From assembly GCA_965279515.1 (NCBI GenBank), contig CBDIID010000003.1:1632001-1696000 (forward strand): a stretch of DNA of 64,000 nucleotides, written 5' to 3'. The first letter of the stretch is position 1. Each line of letters begins with the position of its first letter. Positions 57,867 through 64,000 of the stretch are shown piece by piece. The stretch is from Turneriella sp. Lineage in GTDB: Bacteria; Spirochaetota; Leptospiria; Turneriellales; Turneriellaceae. Below the pieces are notes generated by a model that had not been told where the DNA came from, did not search any database, and saw nothing but the letters and a program-made list of their open reading frames with translations. A program made the translations under genes and the position numbers.

Positions 57867-58906
57867 CCGTGCATTAACCGGGCCTTCAGGCCCTCTTTTA
57901 AAAGTATTTCATTTTCCAAAACTTCGAATTCAATCTTCAGGTAATAAAACTGCCTGAAGACTTTCAGGGCATCCATATGCTTCCTGAGCCGCACATAATC
58001 TTTTTCCGTGGTGACGATGAGGTCATAAGGGCGAACCCGGTTTAAGATCATTTGGATATCCCGCTCTGAAAAATCGTGGTGATCGCGGAAGCTGATCTGC
58101 TCCACTTTTTCGGCTCCGGAACGGCGCAGCATCTCTTCGAAGGCGCGGCTGTTGGCGATCGCCGACAATGCCCAGACGGTTTCATGCCTGAGCACCCCCG
58201 TATTTTCTATTTTGCCGGGATGCTGCGGCGTATATTCGTGCGGAATTTTGACTAAACCCTTCGCCGCATGCCGGCTGATAAAGATGTGCGACAGGCCGGA
58301 AATTTTCTTAATCTGCTCGCGCAATTCTTCGAGCACCGAAAGCTCAACCAGATCGGTTTTGGTCAGAACGATCGCCGAAGCGCGCGCGAGATTTTCGACA
58401 GGTTCGCGCAAAATACCCTGCGGTAAAAGTTTGCCGCTGCCAAAGGGGTTCGTGGCATCGATAAGTACGACATCCGCGTCACGGGCAATGCGGTAGTGCT
58501 GAAAGCCATCGTCTAAAAGAAAGAGGCTGGTGCCCGATTGCTCCATGAGTTTTTGCGCATTCTTGAGCCGGTTGCGCCCGACGGCGATCTTAACGCCCGG
58601 CAGATTGACTGCCATGAGATAGGGTTCATCCCCGGAATCGTCGCTGTCCATCAGCAGGCGAAAACCGTCGGAGAGCAGGTTCGTTTCATGCGAGAGCTTG
58701 CCGCCATAGCCACGCGACAGTACCGCCTGGTTCGGATATTCGGCCCTGAGCAGTTTCGAGAAATAAATCGTCGCCGGAGTTTTGCCGGTACCGCCGGTTG
58801 TAATGTTGCCAATCGAGATGATTTTGGTGCCCGGTATGCGCACCGGTTTGGTTATACGGCGGTGTATACGATTACCGAACGAATAAAGCTTTTCGAGGGG
58901 ATTCAC
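57863..58906 (-). CDS. lpxK: tetraacyldisaccharide 4'-kinase
   Basis: SIGNITTGGTGKTP, LSRGYG, GDEP, LDDGFQH, TTEKD; GTG start at 58906. Confidence 0.95.
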   Translation of the reverse strand: MNPLEKLYSFGNRIHRRITKPVRIPGTKIISIGNITTGGTGKTPATIYFSKLLRAEYPNQAVLSRGYGGKLSHETNLLSDGFRLLMDSDDSGDEPYLMAVNLPGVKIAVGRNRLKNAQKLMEQSGTSLFLLDDGFQHYRIARDADVVLIDATNPFGSGKLLPQGILREPVENLARASAIVLTKTDLVELSVLEELREQIKKISGLSHIFISRHAAKGLVKIPHEYTPQHPGKIENTGVLRHETVWALSAIANSRAFEEMLRRSGAEKVEQISFRDHHDFSERDIQMILNRVRPYDLIVTTEKDYVRLRKHMDALKVFRQFYYLKIEFEVLENEILLKEGLKARLMHG

Positions 58907-58923
58907 AGGTACTGTAACACCTC

Positions 58924-59736
58924 GTGTTTTTGCGGAGACGGCGTCGAGCGGTTCTAAGTCTTCTGCTGTGCTGCAGTTATGCGGCCGTCGCAGCCCCCCC
59001 GGGTAAACGCGTAAAGCCGGGGAGCATCCCCGATGAAACCCCCTTGCCACCGGCTGCCGCGCCGGGCAAGGCCGAAGAATTCTGGTATGGCCTGAAGCCC
59101 GACGGCGTGACTGCATTCCGCCTGGTGTCAGATTTTAACCTGAAACAACTCGCACCCGACCGCAATTATCTGCACCAGGTGACCGCACGCGTGACGCCGG
59201 TGCATCCGCTGACCGATAAGAAGACCGACCTGAAGCCCCTGTTCGATACCGATATGGAGCTCGTACGGCAGACGCTGCGCATCGAAAAAAAGCCCGAACT
59301 TGCGCCCTCGGGAAAATCCGTTGAGTACCGCTGGAATGTCGAGCGCCCGGGAAAAGACGTGCTCTATATCAAACCCCGCAAGGAAATCTTCCTGCCCGAC
59401 CGCAACCGCATCTTTTCCTTTTATGTCCGAGGTGCCGGGCATGCGCACCAGATCTTCGCCGTGTTCCGCGGCCCGAACAAGGTTCAGCAGGAAATTTTTG
59501 TCTGCTCGCTCGACTACCAGGGCTGGAAGCGCTTCGAGGTAGTCATTCCGCCTTACCTGAGGCTGCGCAATCCCTTGAAGTATAACAGGTTCGAACTCTA
59601 TTTCCTGGGGCTCAAGGTGCAAAGTTATTTCCGTGACCAGCCGGGCACGTCGGTGTTTAACCTGGCGGAGATGTTTATCCTCGCGGATACTTCGGATAAA
59701 AAAATCCCGGGCTCGGATATGCCGTCGGAATTTTAA
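58924..59736 (+). CDS. FlaA-like flagellar sheath / carbohydrate-binding-fold protein
   Basis: Signal peptide; FSFYVRG...H.IFA.F...SLDYQGWKRF...IP resembles the FlaA core. Confidence 0.6.
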   Translation: MFLRRRRRAVLSLLLCCSYAAVAAPPGKRVKPGSIPDETPLPPAAAPGKAEEFWYGLKPDGVTAFRLVSDFNLKQLAPDRNYLHQVTARVTPVHPLTDKKTDLKPLFDTDMELVRQTLRIEKKPELAPSGKSVEYRWNVERPGKDVLYIKPRKEIFLPDRNRIFSFYVRGAGHAHQIFAVFRGPNKVQQEIFVCSLDYQGWKRFEVVIPPYLRLRNPLKYNRFELYFLGLKVQSYFRDQPGTSVFNLAEMFILADTSDKKIPGSDMPSEF

Positions 59737-60347
59737 TCTAAATTAATGTCCGTCAGCAACTTCTGTGCGTCCGTTTCGAGCTCGATCTGCTCGATCTCGA
59801 TATAATCAGGTTTGAAAAACTGCACCAGCGATTTCAGCACCAGGTTCGAATCGAGGTACCAGACAATGCGGCGCGGCTCGAAGGCGACGTTGACGATCTT
59901 GATCTTGCCCAGCGCATCGAGCTCAGGGGGAATCTGCATGAGAATAAAATTGAGATCGAACCCGACAAAACGTTTGCGGCGGTTGACCATAAAAAACGGT
60001 GAATCACCGCGCGTGAGGTGGTAGAGAATAATATTCTGCAGCTTGTGCGAAAAACGCGTGCTGAGCCTGATCATGTCCGGTTTTCCCGAGCTGAAAAAGC
60101 GCGCCTTCGACATGCGCATCTTTACCGTGTGTGCGGTAACCTCTTCTTTCAAGAGCTGAAAATCAAAATAGATCTCACCGGTCTTCAGGCCGAATATTTT
60201 TTCTTCGCCTTCGCGGATGATGCCGCGCAGGTGAAGCGCGCGCTTCACACAGAGAAAGCGGATGCTTTTCAGGCGCTCGAAGCGCGACACGACATGTTCG
60301 TCGAGTAATTTATTCAGCGATTCCTGCCGCGTGACCGCCTTATACAT
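59733..60347 (-). CDS. hypothetical protein
   Basis: 204-aa ORF coupled to upp. Confidence 0.75.
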   Translation of the reverse strand: MYKAVTRQESLNKLLDEHVVSRFERLKSIRFLCVKRALHLRGIIREGEEKIFGLKTGEIYFDFQLLKEEVTAHTVKMRMSKARFFSSGKPDMIRLSTRFSHKLQNIILYHLTRGDSPFFMVNRRKRFVGFDLNFILMQIPPELDALGKIKIVNVAFEPRRIVWYLDSNLVLKSLVQFFKPDYIEIEQIELETDAQKLLTDINLD

Positions 60348-60967
60348 CAGGTACCGAAGTAACGATCCCCTGCATCGCCCAGCCCCGGCAAAATATAGCC
60401 TTTATTATTCAGCCTTTCATCCAAAACTGCTGTATAAAATTTCACATCGGGATGGTTTTTCTGTAAGTGTGCAATCCCCTCGGGTGAGGCGAGCACACTG
60501 ACCGCGCGGATGGTATGCGGTTTGGTTTCCTTGATTTTAGTCAGCGCGAATTCGAGCGAGCCGCCTGTTGCCAGCATCGGGTCCAAAACCCAAACCTCGG
60601 CCCCCTTGAGCGGCGGCGTCTTATAATAATAGAATTTAGGCTTGAGGGTTTTATGATCGCGCTCGACGCCGACATGCCCGACCGCCGCCTCGGGCAAAAG
60701 CGCCTGAAAACCTTCGAGCATACCTAAACCGGCGCGCAGAATCGGCACCAGCACCGTCGGCCGTCGGATCTTCACGCCACGGGCACGCATCAGCGGCGTC
60801 TGCACAAAGACCGGCGCGGTTTCGATCTCGGCGCTCACCAGGGCGCAGAGAATCGTGCTGATGTCAGCCATGTTGTCGACGAAGTCGCGGTGCGGTGTTT
60901 TTTTGTCACGCAGCCGCGTGATCTTCGCCTGCAACAACGCATGCTCGGAAAATATTTTTACACTCAC
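60347..60967 (-). CDS. upp: uracil phosphoribosyltransferase
   Basis: VPILRAGLGM, DPMLATGGS, YILPGLGDAGDR. Confidence 0.97.
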   Translation of the reverse strand: MSVKIFSEHALLQAKITRLRDKKTPHRDFVDNMADISTILCALVSAEIETAPVFVQTPLMRARGVKIRRPTVLVPILRAGLGMLEGFQALLPEAAVGHVGVERDHKTLKPKFYYYKTPPLKGAEVWVLDPMLATGGSLEFALTKIKETKPHTIRAVSVLASPEGIAHLQKNHPDVKFYTAVLDERLNNKGYILPGLGDAGDRYFGT

Positions 60968-61932
60968 GCTGCCACCGGGTTATAACAATGGAATGCCGCC
61001 AAACCACCCGACTGCGACAGCGCGGGAAAAGCACTGTTGCACTGCGGCTGCACGCGGCTGCAGCGCGGGGCGAAGGGGCAGCCGGGAGGCGCGTTGACCG
61101 GCGAGGGGATCTCCCCCGGCAGCGTATAAAAATCGCGTTTGTGCACATTCATATCGAGCTTACTCAAGGCCAGCGCCTGCGTGTAAGGGTGGCGGCTTTT
61201 CTCAAAAATGATCTCGGCCGGCGCCGTTTCGACAATGCGCCCGAGATACATCACCGCCACGCGATCGGCGAACCACCGAACGATCGAGAGATCATGCGTG
61301 ATGAAAATTGCGGCAAAGCCGTATTGTTTTCTCAGGTCGCTCAAAAGATTGAGAATCTGCGCCTGAATCGAGACGTCGAGCGCGCTGATCGGTTCATCGA
61401 GAATCAGGTAACGCGGTTTTAAAACCAGCGCGCGGGCGATGGCAATCCGCTGTCTCTGCCCGCCTGAGAATTCGTGGATTTTTTTCGTCAAATCTGCCGC
61501 GGAAAGCCCTGTCGCCTCAATAATCTCCACAACGCGGTCGCGCCGCTGTGCTTTGGTAAAACTGAGATTTTTCTTACGGATAACCATGGGTTCTGCGACA
61601 ATCTTCTCGACCGACATCCAGGGGTTCATCGACGAAGCAGGATCCTGGAAAACCACGCCCAGCTCTTGTCTGAGTGATCGCCAGTCATGCCGCGTCATCG
61701 TGCGGCTGTCAAAATTTTCAAAGGTAAAATGGCCTGCATCGGGCTTGTAGAGCCCCATGACGATACGCGCCAGGGTGCTCTTACCGCTGCCCGACTCGCC
61801 GACGAGCCCGACAATTTCACCGGGGTTCACGTCGAGCGACACGTCGTTGAGCGCCTTTACAGTCAGCTTTTCGCGCGAAAACATGCCGCGCTTAATCGAA
61901 AAAAATTTTGAAACGGATTTAAGTGAAATCAT
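60964..61932 (-). CDS. oligopeptide/dipeptide ABC transporter ATP-binding protein (OppF/DppF type)
   Basis: GESGSGKST, FSGGQRQR, DEPISALD, HPYT, PPGCPFAPRC. Confidence 0.93.
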   Translation of the reverse strand: MISLKSVSKFFSIKRGMFSREKLTVKALNDVSLDVNPGEIVGLVGESGSGKSTLARIVMGLYKPDAGHFTFENFDSRTMTRHDWRSLRQELGVVFQDPASSMNPWMSVEKIVAEPMVIRKKNLSFTKAQRRDRVVEIIEATGLSAADLTKKIHEFSGGQRQRIAIARALVLKPRYLILDEPISALDVSIQAQILNLLSDLRKQYGFAAIFITHDLSIVRWFADRVAVMYLGRIVETAPAEIIFEKSRHPYTQALALSKLDMNVHKRDFYTLPGEIPSPVNAPPGCPFAPRCSRVQPQCNSAFPALSQSGGLAAFHCYNPVAA

Positions 61933-61965
61933 GTCCCGATACGCGAGGCTACTCGGCAAACCATC

Positions 61966-62955
61966 CTATTCAATCGGCGTAAAATCGAGGCGCAGCATCG
62001 CCGTAAAGCCGACGACCCAGGCGCGCTGAGTCGCGAGGTACTGCATCGTATTGCACTGCGTCGTTGCCGCACCGCCGGCGGTTTGCGCGCACATTTCTGC
62101 CGGGCGCGTCTCCTTGATGGAATCCGATTCACTCCACCACCACTGTGCGCGCGCGACGTTTAAGCCGAGCGCAACTTCTTCTGTAATATGGTAAAAGAAG
62201 CCAAAATATCCCCAGCTCTCGACTAGCGTACGGTTGCCAAAATTCAGCGCAAAATGCGCTTCATACTGCAAAAAGAAAGTCATAAACGGCCGGTCACCGT
62301 CCATCCAGAAGTACTGCAGGCCGGGGCGCAGAATGTATTTCATTTCTGCAACATTCGCCGAACTTTGCCCCCAGTTATCGCGGCTGGCATAACGGTCATC
62401 GGAATACCAGGTGTACATAAAGCGGTTTTTCAGCTCAAAGACCCAGTTCTCACCGGGCAGGAACGGCAATTTTTGCCGCACCGTGACATCGCCGACGAAT
62501 GACTGTTCAGCGCGGTTATTGGTATTCAGCCAAAACCAGTCCCACGTCGATGATCCGCTGGCCGCCCAGCCGCTGCCGACCCAATCGTTGCGGTGCCGCT
62601 CACCCTGGCCGTAACGGTAAAAACCACCGACCATCAGATTTGGGAAAATATTGTAATAAGTGCCGAACATCGCATGCCAGGTCTGCTGGCTGAAACGACC
62701 GAGGCCGGTCTGCGTCGTATTCGCGAGGCCGTCAATGCGCGGGTTACCCGAATTACCGCCTTCGAGGCGATAATTGGTTTCAATCAGCGGTAGCCAGGCT
62801 TTGTAACGCAGCTGCGCGCGCAGTGTGCCGCTGTAGCGCACGGTTTCTTTTTCTGCTTCGGCGCGCGCCACCGGCGTCTCCCACGCGAACAAGCCGGCAG
62901 GCAAAACAAAAACGAGGAAGCAAACCCAATGTCGGCTAAGAAACGTGGACGCCAT
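61966..62955 (-). CDS. putative outer membrane beta-barrel protein
   Basis: Signal peptide; aromatic amphipathic strands, C-terminal ..MLRLDF. Confidence 0.65.
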   Translation of the reverse strand: MASTFLSRHWVCFLVFVLPAGLFAWETPVARAEAEKETVRYSGTLRAQLRYKAWLPLIETNYRLEGGNSGNPRIDGLANTTQTGLGRFSQQTWHAMFGTYYNIFPNLMVGGFYRYGQGERHRNDWVGSGWAASGSSTWDWFWLNTNNRAEQSFVGDVTVRQKLPFLPGENWVFELKNRFMYTWYSDDRYASRDNWGQSSANVAEMKYILRPGLQYFWMDGDRPFMTFFLQYEAHFALNFGNRTLVESWGYFGFFYHITEEVALGLNVARAQWWWSESDSIKETRPAEMCAQTAGGAATTQCNTMQYLATQRAWVVGFTAMLRLDFTPIE

Positions 62956-62998
62956 TGTCCGTGCATCTTTGAAGGTGTACAACCCGGCAAGCAGAATA

Positions 62999-64000
62999 TC
63001 AGAACCGGCGCGTGATTCCGGCGTTAAAAGGGACGAACTTCAGAAACTTGCCGCTGGGGTCATAGGTAAAATTGATTCCGCCACCCAGGTAAACTGAAAG
63101 CTTTTCTGTCAGCGCATACTGCATCTCAAACGCGGGCATGACGCCCCATTGCAGTATCGATGAAGATCCGGCGGATGACAACAGCAGGAACAGGTTGGGC
63201 CCCGTAGAGAGAGAGACCAACAGGCTGAATCCCTTGCCGATGACAAACGGATGGTAGATGCCCGGGTAAAAATTCACGTACCACATCGCGTCGAATTCAT
63301 TGGATTTAGACGGTGAATATCCGCCCTGTAATTTTAATTGCGGCCGGATAAAACCCCAGAACGCTTTGTCGTAGCGGACAAAACCTTCTAAACCATAGTT
63401 CATCCGGAAAAATTGTAAATTGGTATCCTGGATTCCCGCATAAAGCCCGGCGCCCCAGAAAAACGCCGATGCAATGCTGCCCGCCGGCGGCGCGGCCGCA
63501 TCTGCAGTCATTTTGAGGCTGCGCCCCGGTAGGCCAGCCACGGCAGACATGGCATAGGGTTCGGTTTTTTTATTTATCGCCAGGTAGAGTGCCGCATTTT
63601 GCGGCACCGTGACATCGGCCTTTGCATCCGTTGCGCTGGCATTGCCCGCAGACAAACCGCGCAGCGTCTTCAGGTATTCGCCGCGGATCGAGCGCTGTAT
63701 TTTAATTTTCTCGCGTAACCCTTCAGCGCGCTCTTCAGCGGCGAGCTGCGACGCATCGGGTTTGCCGCGCGTCACTTTGACCATCGTCATACGCGAGTAG
63801 GTGCCGGTCTTGAACTTCGTGACCGCGGCGACCTGAAAATAGTACTCCCCCTGCGTGAGCTCGAGCGACAGGGAATTTTCTTCGGTGTTTTTGGTCTCGA
63901 TGAGGTTCTTCTTTGCGTCGAAGAGTTTCACACTATAACCCGTCACACCTTCGATCGGCGACCACTCGAGCCGCTGCGTTTTTTTCGCGGGCGCTTTGGC
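62999..64000 (-). CDS. outer membrane protein with FN3-like domain and C-terminal beta-barrel (5' partial)
   Basis: Frame open to window end (RLEWSPIEGVTGY..GEYYFQVAAV); terminal AGITRRF. Confidence 0.7.
   Translation of the reverse strand, partial: AKAPAKKTQRLEWSPIEGVTGYSVKLFDAKKNLIETKNTEENSLSLELTQGEYYFQVAAVTKFKTGTYSRMTMVKVTRGKPDASQLAAEERAEGLREKIKIQRSIRGEYLKTLRGLSAGNASATDAKADVTVPQNAALYLAINKKTEPYAMSAVAGLPGRSLKMTADAAAPPAGSIASAFFWGAGLYAGIQDTNLQFFRMNYGLEGFVRYDKAFWGFIRPQLKLQGGYSPSKSNEFDAMWYVNFYPGIYHPFVIGKGFSLLVSLSTGPNLFLLLSSAGSSSILQWGVMPAFEMQYALTEKLSVYLGGGINFTYDPSGKFLKFVPFNAGITRRF

Overview
A mostly housekeeping stretch of a moderately GC-rich spirochaete chromosome. It is probably Leptospiraceae and Turneriella-like (inferred from a DUF1554/Len-type protein, a FlaA-like protein and Leptospira-style hypothetical proteins). 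Core genes: tRNA-Val, rpsT, metK, clpS-clpA, lptB-rpoN-wecE, pheS-pheT flanked by two VapC toxin-antitoxin pairs, purK-purE, ilvC, dxs, an amidase, waaF, gpmA, ruvC, yicC-remA, lpxK, upp and an oligopeptide ABC ATPase. Interspersed are cassettes of secreted and surface proteins (about 30.0-32.5, 37.8-44.9 and 52.9-55.7 kb; the first two look more AT-rich by eye). Main observations: (1) these dispersed cassettes share an ECF-sigma-like promoter, TTGGCA-N17/18-CGTAYA (variant TTTGCA-N17/18-CGTCA), and one cassette encodes an ECF sigma, a FecR-like anti-sigma and two unusual beta-barrel proteins instead of a TonB-dependent transducer; (2) 'periplasmic domain + small beta-barrel' genes sit directly upstream of repeat-rich surface lipoproteins at two loci; (3) short palindromes with (N)GGA loops occur between genes and as apparent in-frame insertions in dxs, an old-yellow-enzyme gene and a DUF2339 gene; (4) purK has no canonical start codon and is preceded by a 6S-like structured RNA candidate. 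All family calls come from motif recognition by eye, not database searches.
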